A stretch of DNA of 36,355 nucleotides from a virus (taxonomy: Duplodnaviria; Caudoviricetes): the IMG/VR virus record IMGVR_UViG_3300031990_000008, positions 1-36,355 of that record. The stretch is one strand, 5' to 3'. Below, piece by piece: positions 1-7,341 of this stretch. The notes beneath the pieces were generated by a model that saw only the letters and a program-made list of their open reading frames with translations, searched no databases and was not told where the DNA came from. The position numbers were made by a program, and so were the translations under genes. Each line of letters begins with the position of its first letter. The stretch's first letter is position 1.

Positions 1-567
1 CGGGGCGGCGTCGGGTGCGGGGTCCCGGGCGGCGGCCCAGGCGGCGTCCCAGGCGGCGTCCCAGGCGGCGGCCGCTGCGCGCCGCGCATGATCGAGTGCG
101 ACCTTCGCATCAGCCAGCTGCTGCTCGCTCGTGATCGGGGCCAGCGCACGCAGCTTGGCAGCGTGCTCGGCACACGCGGGCGACCGCTCCAGCCAAGTGG
201 GCAAGTGTTCGCGCACCAACCAGTCGAAAGACATCCAGCTGCGCTGCAGCGTGATTTCGGCGCTCTTCTTCGAGCCGAACAGCACTTCAGCGTGCTGGCT
301 GGCCGGCAGCGAGATCTGCACGACGGGAGCCAGGGCGCCACAGACGCTGTCGTCCCAGATGAACACGCGGCGGAACAGCCAGTCAGCATCGTCCTCGCGC
401 TTGTCTGCGTGCAGCGCCTCGTAGACCTCGACGTACTGGGCCTGGCCGCTGGGGAACTTCTCAGCGAACCAGTCGCTGCCCGAGCTGCAGGCGTCCCAGC
501 CCTCAAGACGGGCCGTCGTGATCAGCAGCTTGTCGTTTGCTTCGGTGATGAGGGGTGTCGTTTGCAT
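1..567 (-). CDS. Phage left-arm hypothetical protein with AAWD/AARD tetrapeptide repeats (3' end runs off the window)
   Basis: Hand translation from ATG 567: MQTTPLITEANDKLLITTARLEGWDACSSGSDWFAEKFP...ALDHARRAAAAAWDAAWDAAWAAARDPAPDAAP; open to base 1, so missing from the ORF track. Confidence 0.8.
   Translation of the reverse strand, partial: MQTTPLITEANDKLLITTARLEGWDACSSGSDWFAEKFPSGQAQYVEVYEALHADKREDDADWLFRRVFIWDDSVCGALAPVVQISLPASQHAEVLFGSKKSAEITLQRSWMSFDWLVREHLPTWLERSPACAEHAAKLRALAPITSEQQLADAKVALDHARRAAAAAWDAAWDAAWAAARDPAPDAAP
24..71. repeat. 12-bp tandem repeat CCC(A/G)GGCGGCG(T/G) x4 encoding AAWD/AAWA/AARD-type units
   Basis: Units at 24-35, 36-47, 48-59, 60-71. Confidence 0.85.
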
Positions 568-579
568 GGCGCCCCCCGA

Positions 580-756
580 TCAGTAGCCGAGGACCGCGCG
601 CAGGCCGGCCATGTCGCTGACGACTTCGATCTCGACGACCAGGCGGCCATCAGCGGTCACGCCTTCGCAGAACACAGCCACGTCGCCCTCTTCACGGGCT
701 TCGGCGTGCACGTAGTGCAGTGCCGCGTAGCTGATCAGCTTTGCTTGGTTGCTCAT
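580..756 (-). CDS. Small hypothetical protein (58 aa), first gene of the PL operon
   Basis: MSNQAKLISYAALHYVHAEAREEGDVAVFCEGVTADGRLVVEIEVVSDMAGLRAVLGY*; AAGGAG RBS upstream; directly downstream of the PL-like promoter. Confidence 0.75.
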   Translation of the reverse strand: MSNQAKLISYAALHYVHAEAREEGDVAVFCEGVTADGRLVVEIEVVSDMAGLRAVLGY

Positions 757-794
757 CCCATCTCTCCTTGCCCGTGGGCGTTGCGGTGATATGG

Positions 795-832
795 AATGTA
801 AGCGTCGCTTTAGGCGATGTCAAGCGGCGCTT
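795..832 (-). promoter_or_regulatory. PL-like sigma70 promoter (TTGACA-17-TACATT) with two repressor operators AAGCGnCGCTT
   Basis: -35 at 818-823 and -10 at 795-800 on the minus strand; palindromes AAGCGTCGCTT 800-810 and AAGCGGCGCTT 822-832. Confidence 0.85.
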
Positions 833-844
833 TAGCGCCAGTTG

Positions 845-867
845 AAAAAAAGTCCCACGGGTGGGAC
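845..867 (-). terminator. Intrinsic terminator of the cI operon
   Basis: GTCCCA-4nt-TGGGAC stem followed by a T7 run on the minus strand, 21 bp after the stop at 889. Confidence 0.8.
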
Positions 868-888
868 CTGTTGTCGGTGTCTTTGTTC

Positions 889-1350
889 TCAGTCGAACGC
901 AGGCGGCACACGGTCTGCGCCGCCAACGTCAATGCTTATTGACAGTCGTCGCTGGATATCGACCGCAGCCTGCGCGACATGAGGAAAACCTCGGCTGAGG
1001 TGTTTCCACATTCCTCTTGCCTCCGGTAAAAGTTCTGGACGTAAGGCGGCCCTGATCGTGTGCGTCCAGACGGAAAATCCAGCAGCCACTATGTGATTAC
1101 CTTGTTTTTTGTAAAGTATCACTGTTTTTGCTAGATTGGTTGGCAATTCGCCGTTACGTATAACGGCCTCAAATGGCAGCATAGGATCATTGCCTGCTTC
1201 CTTTAGTCCTATTTTTATAAAATGGGATATAGCGGCAAGCTCCCCCATTTCCACATCTGATATTGTGGACAATGCGGCGTTGAATGAATTTATGTCTTCC
1301 CTCTGCATTCTAATTGTGCGGTTCTCAAGAAATCTGAATAGCCAATTCAT
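889..1350 (-). CDS. AT-rich hypothetical protein (153 aa) translationally coupled to cI; candidate lysogenic exclusion/defence gene
   Basis: ATG at 1350 overlaps the cI stop (TAATG); MNWLFRFLENR...; visibly more AT-rich than the flanks. Confidence 0.75.
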   Translation of the reverse strand: MNWLFRFLENRTIRMQREDINSFNAALSTISDVEMGELAAISHFIKIGLKEAGNDPMLPFEAVIRNGELPTNLAKTVILYKKQGNHIVAAGFSVWTHTIRAALRPELLPEARGMWKHLSRGFPHVAQAAVDIQRRLSISIDVGGADRVPPAFD

Positions 1351-2021
1351 TATGTTGGCCTCCATTGGCTTGATGAAACCACAGCGCATACAGGATGCAT
1401 TTTTTCTACTTCATTTTTATTTATTGTTTGGCGGTGATTCCCATTTACAGACTCGATCACCACTTCATCAGTTCGCTCTATGACAAGTTCCTTGACCATC
1501 TTTCTTCCGTCATTGAGTTGAATCGCAACGTATTCGCCTGGGGTGCATCGACCGCCCGGAGCGACTACGACAAACCATCCATGCCTAATTGCTGGGTGCA
1601 TGCTGTCGCCTTTTACTCTCAGTGCATATGCGTGCGGATCAGATGTGTATCCATCTACATATCCATCACCGTGGCCTGCAGGGTGTTGTAGTTCTTCAAA
1701 AAAACCATCGTTTCCGAGTTTGGCTGTCCCAACCACGGGAGTTGATCTAGCTGTTCTAGGTCTGCCCGCATCCTCCGCGTCTAGGTCTGGCGGTTCTTTG
1801 CCTGTCATCAGGCGATGAATACTCCAACCAGTGAGGCGGGATACCACCGCAAGGTTCTTCTTTGTGATCTTCCCCGTGCGCTTCCAGTTGGACACAGCCT
1901 GTTCCGAGATGTCGCACTCAGCTGCGATGGCCCCGGGTGAAGGCGCGCCGGGAGCTGACATAGCGTCAGCAAAGTTCTTGGCGAGCAACTTCTGCTCTTC
2001 TGTTTGAGTAGGTTTAAGCAC
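1350..2021 (-). CDS. cI: CI-type repressor (XRE HTH plus S24 autopeptidase)
   Basis: HTH IAAECDISEQAVSNWKRTG; S24 motifs ALRVKGDSMHP and MVKEL; divergent from cro. Confidence 0.95.
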   Translation of the reverse strand: MLKPTQTEEQKLLAKNFADAMSAPGAPSPGAIAAECDISEQAVSNWKRTGKITKKNLAVVSRLTGWSIHRLMTGKEPPDLDAEDAGRPRTARSTPVVGTAKLGNDGFFEELQHPAGHGDGYVDGYTSDPHAYALRVKGDSMHPAIRHGWFVVVAPGGRCTPGEYVAIQLNDGRKMVKELVIERTDEVVIESVNGNHRQTINKNEVEKMHPVCAVVSSSQWRPT

Positions 2022-2096
2022 CGCTTAAGGTTCTCAGAGGCGGCGAGGCCCGGCAACAATCAGTGCTTGACTCATCTTAAAGCGCCGCTTTAAGAT
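2014..2096 (+). promoter_or_regulatory. OR region: operator over the cI start codon, and PR (TTGACT-18-TAAGAT) overlapped by a 23-bp palindromic operator
   Basis: TTAAGCACCGCTTAA 2014-2028; ATCTTAAAGCG-C-CGCTTTAAGAT 2074-2096; -35 at 2067-2072, -10 at 2091-2096. Confidence 0.85.
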
Positions 2097-2102
2097 CGCG
2101 CC

Positions 2103-2369
2103 ATGGAACACAACCCCATTGAACGAGCCTGCAAGGCCTGCGGCTCGGCGACGAAGTTGGCCGGGCATCTGAACAAGACGCCGCAGTTCATCAGTCAGCT
2201 GGCCAAAGGTGCCCGACCGGTACCCGCCGACCTGTGCCCCGCCATCGAGCGGGCCACGGGCGGCGCTGTGCGCTGCGAAGAGCTGCGCCCCGACGTTGAC
2301 TGGTCGGTCCTGCGCACGCCTACCAAGCCCGTCCCGGCCGATGCCGGGCAGGAGGTGGGCCATGGGTGA
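2103..2369 (+). CDS. cro: Cro/YdaS-family HTH regulator
   Basis: GSATKLAGHLNKTPQFISQL HTH and the YdaS-type tail CPAIERATGGAVRCEELRPDVDW. Confidence 0.92.
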   Translation: MEHNPIERACKACGSATKLAGHLNKTPQFISQLAKGARPVPADLCPAIERATGGAVRCEELRPDVDWSVLRTPTKPVPADAGQEVGHG

Positions 2370-2865
2370 GTCTGCCGTCCTTGACCCCTGCTGCGGATCG
2401 CGTGCGATGTGGTTCGACAAGGCCGACCCGCGCGCCCTGTTCGGCGACCAGCGTAGCGAGGTGGTCACGGTCACCGACCGCTCGCATCGCGAGGACGGCA
2501 CGCGCGTGCTGCGCATCCAGCCAGATGTGTTGCTGGACTTCCGTGCGCTGCCGTTCGCTGACAGCGCTTTCAAGTTGGTGGCCTTCGACCCGCCGCACCT
2601 CACCCGTGCCGGCGGCAAATCCTGGATGGCCGCCAAGTACGGCCGTTTGAGCGACGACTGGCGCGACGACTTGCGCCAGGGCTTCGCCGAGTCCTTCCGG
2701 GTGCTGGAGGCAGGAGGCACCCTTGTCTTCAAGTGGAACGAAACGCAGGTCAGGTTGCGCGAAGTCCTGGCCCTCACGCCACACAAGCCGCTGTTTGGCC
2801 AGGTGACAGGCCGAGGCCTGCGCACGCACTGGCTCGTCTTCATGAAGGAGGCGGCGCCGTGCTGA
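2362..2865 (+). CDS. SAM-dependent amino-(N6A/N4C-type) DNA methyltransferase, 167 aa
   Basis: Motif I VLDPCCGS and motif IV-like FDPPH; ATG 2362 with GGAGG RBS, overlapping the cro stop. Confidence 0.85.
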   Translation: MGESAVLDPCCGSRAMWFDKADPRALFGDQRSEVVTVTDRSHREDGTRVLRIQPDVLLDFRALPFADSAFKLVAFDPPHLTRAGGKSWMAAKYGRLSDDWRDDLRQGFAESFRVLEAGGTLVFKWNETQVRLREVLALTPHKPLFGQVTGRGLRTHWLVFMKEAAPC

Positions 2866-2954
2866 TCCTTCACCTCATCGGCCTGGCCCTCTACCGCGCC
2901 TTGGTGCGGGCCTGGGATGCGCTGGCCGCCATTGATCCCAACGATCTGGACTGA
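2859..2954 (+). CDS. Small hypothetical protein (31 aa)
   Basis: GTG start after AAGGAGG, overlapping the MTase stop. Confidence 0.5.
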   Translation: MLILHLIGLALYRALVRAWDALAAIDPNDLD

Positions 2955-2957
2955 GCC

Positions 2958-3068
2958 ATGACAGCACTGCTCATCGTTGCCCTTCTCGCGGCTGTCGTGA
3001 TCGCGCTTGTCGCGTGGGACATCCGCAAGGTGACCCTCAATCCCGATGAGCCGCATGGCTTTCGGTGA
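2958..3068 (+). CDS. Small single-pass membrane protein (36 aa)
   Basis: MTALLIVALLAAVVIALVAWDIRKVTLNPDEPHGFR*; starts 3 bp after the previous stop. Confidence 0.55.
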   Translation: MTALLIVALLAAVVIALVAWDIRKVTLNPDEPHGFR

Positions 3069-3081
3069 GTACCAGTTATGT

Positions 3082-3200
3082 GCCCGCAGGCTTCCACCGC
3101 CCAGCACGCCCGGCCTGATGTAGGGACTGGCTGTTTTTCCTCCCTGAGCAGTGGCGCGCATGTCGCGTCCTGGCTGGGCGAGGCCTGCGGGCTTTTTCTT
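3082..3200 (+). ncRNA. Putative structured small RNA / tR1-like terminator with an anti-SD loop
   Basis: Perfect stems GCCCGCAGGC 3082-3091/GCCTGCGGGC 3183-3192 and CGCCCAGC 3098-3105/GCTGGGCG 3173-3180; inner loop TTCCTCCCT; T-rich tail. Confidence 0.55.
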
Positions 3201-3220
3201 CGAGGTGTCCATGGCAAAAA

Positions 3221-3254
3221 ATTTTGCCCATCGGAGCCTCTCAACACCACTCAA
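3221..3254 (-). promoter_or_regulatory. PRE-like CII-activated promoter (TTGA-N6-TTGA-N14-CAAAAT)
   Basis: Geometry and position next to the CII-like start resemble lambda PRE (TTGC-N6-TTGC). Confidence 0.5.
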
Positions 3255-3274
3255 CTGATTTGCGGAGGCTTGTG

Positions 3275-3676
3275 ATGCAGTTCGGCATCCCCACCGATGT
3301 CACCCCATCCGAGGTCGTTCGCAAAAGCTCCCTTGGTGCAGCCATCTCCCTGTGCGCTGAGGCGGCAGGCCTAGAACCAAAGGCCATTCAGTCCGATCTG
3401 AAGCTCGACAAAGCCCAATGGTCGCGCTGGGAGTCCGGGCAGGAGGGCATCCTCTGGCCCAAGCTCTCGGCGGTCATGGACCGGTGTGGCAACGACGCCC
3501 CCATCCTCTGGATGCTGCACCAGCGCGGCTACGACCTGGCCAGCCTGCGCAAGCGCGAAACCGAGGTCGAGCGCGAGCTGCGCCAGGTGCGTGAGCAACT
3601 CGCTCAGGAGCAGGCCGAGCGCGCCGTCGAACGCAAGCTGTTGGCTCAAGTGCTGACGGGGAGGCTGCCGGCATGA
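3275..3676 (+). CDS. CII-like HTH regulator (133 aa) with C-terminal coiled coil
   Basis: HTH PKAIQSDLKLDKAQWSRWESG; position between cro and the replication gene; GGAGG RBS. Confidence 0.7.
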   Translation: MQFGIPTDVTPSEVVRKSSLGAAISLCAEAAGLEPKAIQSDLKLDKAQWSRWESGQEGILWPKLSAVMDRCGNDAPILWMLHQRGYDLASLRKRETEVERELRQVREQLAQEQAERAVERKLLAQVLTGRLPA

Positions 3677-3984
3677 CCCGCTACGCCTACCCCTTCGGCG
3701 TCTTCTGCATCGACGCCATCCCCAATCAGCCTCAGGTGGCGCACTGCCACTCGTTCTTCGTCCACGCCAGTCACCGTGGCCAGGGCAAGGCCAAGCTGCT
3801 CAAGCAGGCCCAGCTCGAAGTGCTGCGCGCCCAGGGCTTCAACTACGCCACCTGCACCACCGCCAGCGACAACCACCGCCAGCACCGCGTGCTGGAGGCG
3901 TGCGGGTGGAAGCGATTGACCGAGTTCCACAACAGCCGCGACGGTGCTTCTACCGTGCTGTGGGGCTGGGAGGTGGCAGATTGA
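3673..3984 (+). CDS. Minimal GNAT-family acetyltransferase
   Basis: Acetyl-CoA motif A FFVHASHRGQGKA and motif B N-x6-LEACGW; ATGA overlap with the upstream gene. Confidence 0.8.
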   Translation: MTRYAYPFGVFCIDAIPNQPQVAHCHSFFVHASHRGQGKAKLLKQAQLEVLRAQGFNYATCTTASDNHRQHRVLEACGWKRLTEFHNSRDGASTVLWGWEVAD

Positions 3985-4044
3985 CCGATCGAGGGCCAGA
4001 TGCATGACACCCTCCACGATCACCTGCAAAGGGGCGCATACCTG

Positions 4045-5565
4045 ATGACCCCTCTGGACGATGCTCCGCCCGCTCACGCACACGGTGACGACCGGGACCG
4101 GTTGGCTGGCTTGCGCGTGCCGCCTCATTCCATCGAGGCTGAGCAGTCCGTGCTCGGTGGCGTGCTGCTGGACAGCACGGCCTTTGCCAAAGTCTGCGAG
4201 AAGCTCACTGCCGCCGACTTTTACTCGCATGCGCACAAGCTGATTTTCAGCGCCATCTCTGCTCTCGCTGGTGACGGTAAGCCTGTTGACGTGCTCACGG
4301 TGAACGATCAGCTTGGAGACAAAGCACCGGAGATCGGCGGTCTTGGATACCTGCATTCCATGGCCATGAGCGTGCCGAGCGCGGTCAACATTGCCCGTTA
4401 CGCCGAGATCATCGCGGAGCGCGCCACCCTGCGCTCGATCATCGCGACAGCCGACATGGCTGCAAGCGCGGCCTATTCAAACCAGGATGCGTCACAGGTG
4501 CTCGATGATGCCAAGGTGGCCCTGGGTCGCCTGGCTGATCAGCGCAAGCTGGGCACTGGCCGCATGCCGCTGCTCAGCCTGGGCCAGTTGCGCGAGCATT
4601 CACACGCCGTTTCATGGCTGATCAAGCACGTGGTCCCCGCTGATTCCATCGGCATGCTCTACGGAGGCAGCGGGACGTTCAAGTCCTTCATTGCCCTCGA
4701 TGCAGCCTTGCACATCGCTCATGGCCTGCCTTGGATGGGGCGACGCACCAAGCATGGCCAGGTTCTCTACATCGCGGCCGAAGGCGGTGCAGGCCTGTGG
4801 GCGCGCATTGTGGCCTGGCACCGTGCCCGTCGCCTGCAGTGGTCCGCCATCGAGGACCATTTCAAGATCATCCCCGTGGCGGTCAACCTCACGGCCGATG
4901 CATGGCGGGTGGTCGAGGCCGCGCAGTCCCAGGCCTTTGCCCCCATCTTGGTGGTGGTCGACACGCTGAGCCAGACCTACGCGGGCGAGGAAAACAGCGC
5001 CAACGAGATGGCCGCCTACTTCCGCGAGCTTGGTAATCGCTTTCGGGCGCTTTGGAAGTGCTCGGTCCTGATGTTGCACCACACCGGTCACCAGGCCACA
5101 GAGCGCCCTCGTGGGTCCAGCGCCATCCGCGCCAACCTTGACTACATGCTCGGCGTGTTCCGCGACGAGAAAGAGATGCTGGCCACGCTCACGTGCGCCA
5201 AGCAAAAGGACGGTGACGCCTTCGAAGACGCCACCTTTGCACTGTCCGTTCACAAGCTGGGCGAGGACGAGGACGGCGACACCGTCACATCCCTGGTGGC
5301 TCGCCACCTCAGCAGTGCCGAAGACCTCGAAGAGGCCATGTCCGTGGAGCGCAATGCCGGCCGTGGCGGCAGCAATCAGCTGCTGCTCAGCCTGCTGCAA
5401 AACGGCGCCAAGGAATCCGATCTGCGCAAAGCCTTCCGCGATCAGTGCGGGATCGACGACACCGACAGTCAGCGCCGAGCCTACAACCGAGCCAAGAGCT
5501 GGCTCATCAGCAACCGCTTCGCCGAGTTCTCGGGTGGGCACGTCATCACCCTCAAATGCAATTAG
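4045..5565 (+). CDS. Replication protein: DnaB N-terminal domain + RecA/AAA_25 (RSF1010 RepA-like) helicase + probable C-terminal winged helix
   Basis: PPHSIEAEQSVLGGVLLD (DnaB-N); Walker A GGSGTFKS; Walker B VVVDTLS; HHTGH...RGSSA. Start may be 4000 or 4045. Confidence 0.88.
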   Translation: MTPLDDAPPAHAHGDDRDRLAGLRVPPHSIEAEQSVLGGVLLDSTAFAKVCEKLTAADFYSHAHKLIFSAISALAGDGKPVDVLTVNDQLGDKAPEIGGLGYLHSMAMSVPSAVNIARYAEIIAERATLRSIIATADMAASAAYSNQDASQVLDDAKVALGRLADQRKLGTGRMPLLSLGQLREHSHAVSWLIKHVVPADSIGMLYGGSGTFKSFIALDAALHIAHGLPWMGRRTKHGQVLYIAAEGGAGLWARIVAWHRARRLQWSAIEDHFKIIPVAVNLTADAWRVVEAAQSQAFAPILVVVDTLSQTYAGEENSANEMAAYFRELGNRFRALWKCSVLMLHHTGHQATERPRGSSAIRANLDYMLGVFRDEKEMLATLTCAKQKDGDAFEDATFALSVHKLGEDEDGDTVTSLVARHLSSAEDLEEAMSVERNAGRGGSNQLLLSLLQNGAKESDLRKAFRDQCGIDDTDSQRRAYNRAKSWLISNRFAEFSGGHVITLKCN

Positions 5566-5569
5566 CGAT

Positions 5570-5763
5570 CGGGACAGAAAAACGGCAAAGCGGGACAGAA
5601 AAAGCGAGATTCGGGACAAGCGGGACAAAGCGGGACAGGGGGGGTAGGGGGGGGCTCTCGACCGTTAGGGAGAGAGAGATAAATACAGAAGCGCGGGACA
5701 GTTTCCGCATGTGTCCCGGGACAGAAAACGGGACAAACGGGACAGATGAGCGGGACAGGGACA
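5570..5763 (+). repeat. Iteron cluster, putative replication origin
   Basis: CGGGACA starts at 5570, 5591, 5612, 5621, 5631, 5694, 5717, 5729, 5738, 5751; AGGGACA at 5757; inverted TGTCCCG at 5712; G7/G8 runs at 5638-5654. Confidence 0.8.
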
Positions 5764-5880
5764 GCCAAGGCTTTGGCCTTGTCCATCCCGGTCCAGGACG
5801 ACAGAAAGGCAGCCGATGAGCCCTCAAACCCACCGATCACACCCAACCCGCGCGCGCGCGCATTTGGTGACCCCTGAGCG

Positions 5881-6084
5881 ATGCAACTTGACGAAATCCA
5901 CCGGCACCGCTGCGAAGTGCGGCAGCTGCTGCGCTGGCGCAGGCAACACGGCAGCGAGTGGGCGGGTCGCTGGCTTGATGGGGTGGCCAAAGCGCGCGGC
6001 CAGGTCGCAGCCCAGGACCTGCGACGGGATGCATCGGAGCAGTGGAGCAAAGGGAATCGCGGCCAGCCCGGCGACTGGAGATAA
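5881..6084 (+). CDS. Small phage hypothetical protein (67 aa)
   Basis: HRHRCEVRQLL...EQWSKGNRG; stop 3 bp before the rusA start. Confidence 0.7.
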   Translation: MQLDEIHRHRCEVRQLLRWRRQHGSEWAGRWLDGVAKARGQVAAQDLRRDASEQWSKGNRGQPGDWR

Positions 6085-6087
6085 AGC

Positions 6088-6489
6088 ATGACCACGATGA
6101 CGCTCACCCTGCCGTTTCCTCCGAGCGTGAACGCGATGTGGCGAACGCCGCGCACTGGCCCGCTGGCCGGCCGGACCATGCTGTCGCAGGAAGGGCGCGC
6201 ATACCGCCTGCAGGTCCAGCAACTGGTGCAGGTTGCCAAGGCTGCCAGTCAGCTCAGCGAGCGCTTGCACGTCGTCATCGAGGCGCGGATGCCAGACCGG
6301 CGCAAGCGTGACCTCGACAACCTGCCCAAGGCTGTGCTCGACGCCCTGACCCATGCCGGTGTCTGGCTCGACGATGGCCAGATCGATGACTTGCGGGTGT
6401 GGCGATCTGCCAGGTTTGGTGGTCAGGTCATCGTGACCATCCGGGCCGTGGCGAGTCCGCAGGCCTCCCTTCTTGAGGGGGCTGGATGA
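6088..6489 (+). CDS. rusA: RusA-family Holliday junction resolvase
   Basis: LPFPPSVN start; PDRRKRDLDNLPKAVLDAL; DDGQID. Confidence 0.95.
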   Translation: MTTMTLTLPFPPSVNAMWRTPRTGPLAGRTMLSQEGRAYRLQVQQLVQVAKAASQLSERLHVVIEARMPDRRKRDLDNLPKAVLDALTHAGVWLDDGQIDDLRVWRSARFGGQVIVTIRAVASPQASLLEGAG

Positions 6490-6881
6490 CGCTGATCCGC
6501 CAGGTCAAGGTCAAACGCGTGGACTGGTTCCGCGTGCTGGCCGACTTGCGCGGCAACGGTCTGACGCTGCGGGTCATCACAGCTTGCACGGGTATCAGCA
6601 AACCCACGCTGCTGGACCTGCGCAACCAAGACGCCGACCCGAAGATGCACCAGGGCGAGCTGCTCATTGCCCTGTGGGTGCGCACCACCGGCAACCTGGC
6701 AACTCAGGTTCCAAGGCACGGAGATGAGCGAACGGCCATCAAGCGCAGCTATGTCGATTCCTGGGAGAGTGGGTCAATTCACTGCCCACTTTGCGGCACA
6801 GAACACTCCATCAGGGCGCCCAAAGCCTTGAGGGATGAAGGCCCATCCGTTGACGCACGTCAGTTGAGCTTGATTGGCTGA
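6486..6881 (+). CDS. HTH protein with C-terminal CxxC-x3-H motif; putative late-gene activator
   Basis: HTH LTLRVITACTGISKPTLLDLRN; HCPLCGTEH; last early gene, immediately before the first late-promoter motif. Confidence 0.65.
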   Translation: MTLIRQVKVKRVDWFRVLADLRGNGLTLRVITACTGISKPTLLDLRNQDADPKMHQGELLIALWVRTTGNLATQVPRHGDERTAIKRSYVDSWESGSIHCPLCGTEHSIRAPKALRDEGPSVDARQLSLIG

Positions 6882-6884
6882 GTT

Positions 6885-6918
6885 GGTCGGGAAGCCTGCC
6901 GCTTTGCGGGAGAACACT
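6885..6918 (+). promoter_or_regulatory. Late promoter motif, copy 1
   Basis: GGTCGGGAA-N20-ACACT upstream of the first virion-module gene. Confidence 0.65.
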
Positions 6919-6955
6919 GCACCGGTCATCCCTCAACTGACCGGAGTGCATCCAC

Positions 6956-7339
6956 ATGGCCCCCAAAGCCCGCGCTGTGCAGGTTCCTGGCGAACCCACC
7001 CAGGAACTGCCGACCACCGACGACACCACCCAGGAACTGCCGACCAGCGAACCGGGCGAGGTTGGCGATGTCGCTGCAACCGATGATGAGGTCGGTGAAC
7101 CCACCGCCGCTGATCATGTGAACGAGGAAGTGGCCGCCCTGAAGGCGCAGCTCGAAGCTGAAAGCCTGGCCCGCATCGAGGCCGAACAGCGTGCCGCGCA
7201 GGCCGAGGCAGCCGTCCGTTCTGCGCAGACTGCTGCGGTCATCCCTGCGTCCATCTCTGTCAGCCCTGGCAAGGCGGCAACCCTGACACCCGCCGGCTGG
7301 GTTGTGCCCCGCTCCTACGGCGCTCAACCGAAGGGCTGA
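6956..7339 (+). CDS. Hypothetical protein, first late gene
   Basis: GGAG RBS; acidic N-terminus with duplicated TQELPT; coiled coil; LTPAGWVVP tail. Confidence 0.75.
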   Translation: MAPKARAVQVPGEPTQELPTTDDTTQELPTSEPGEVGDVAATDDEVGEPTAADHVNEEVAALKAQLEAESLARIEAEQRAAQAEAAVRSAQTAAVIPASISVSPGKAATLTPAGWVVPRSYGAQPKG

Positions 7340-7341
7340 CC

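Noticed and set aside
88-789. 233-aa plus-strand ORF
   Set aside because: Shadow of two minus-strand genes that have an RBS and the PL promoter
5570-5763. CRISPR array
   Set aside because: Repeats are only 7 bp with short irregular spacing and there are no cas genes; fits iterons
5445-5819. ORF running through the iterons
   Set aside because: Low-complexity GT/RD translation of the CGGGACA repeats
6996-7046. 21-bp direct repeat as a regulatory or att site
   Set aside because: In-frame 30-bp-period duplication encoding TQELPT twice; coding low-complexity
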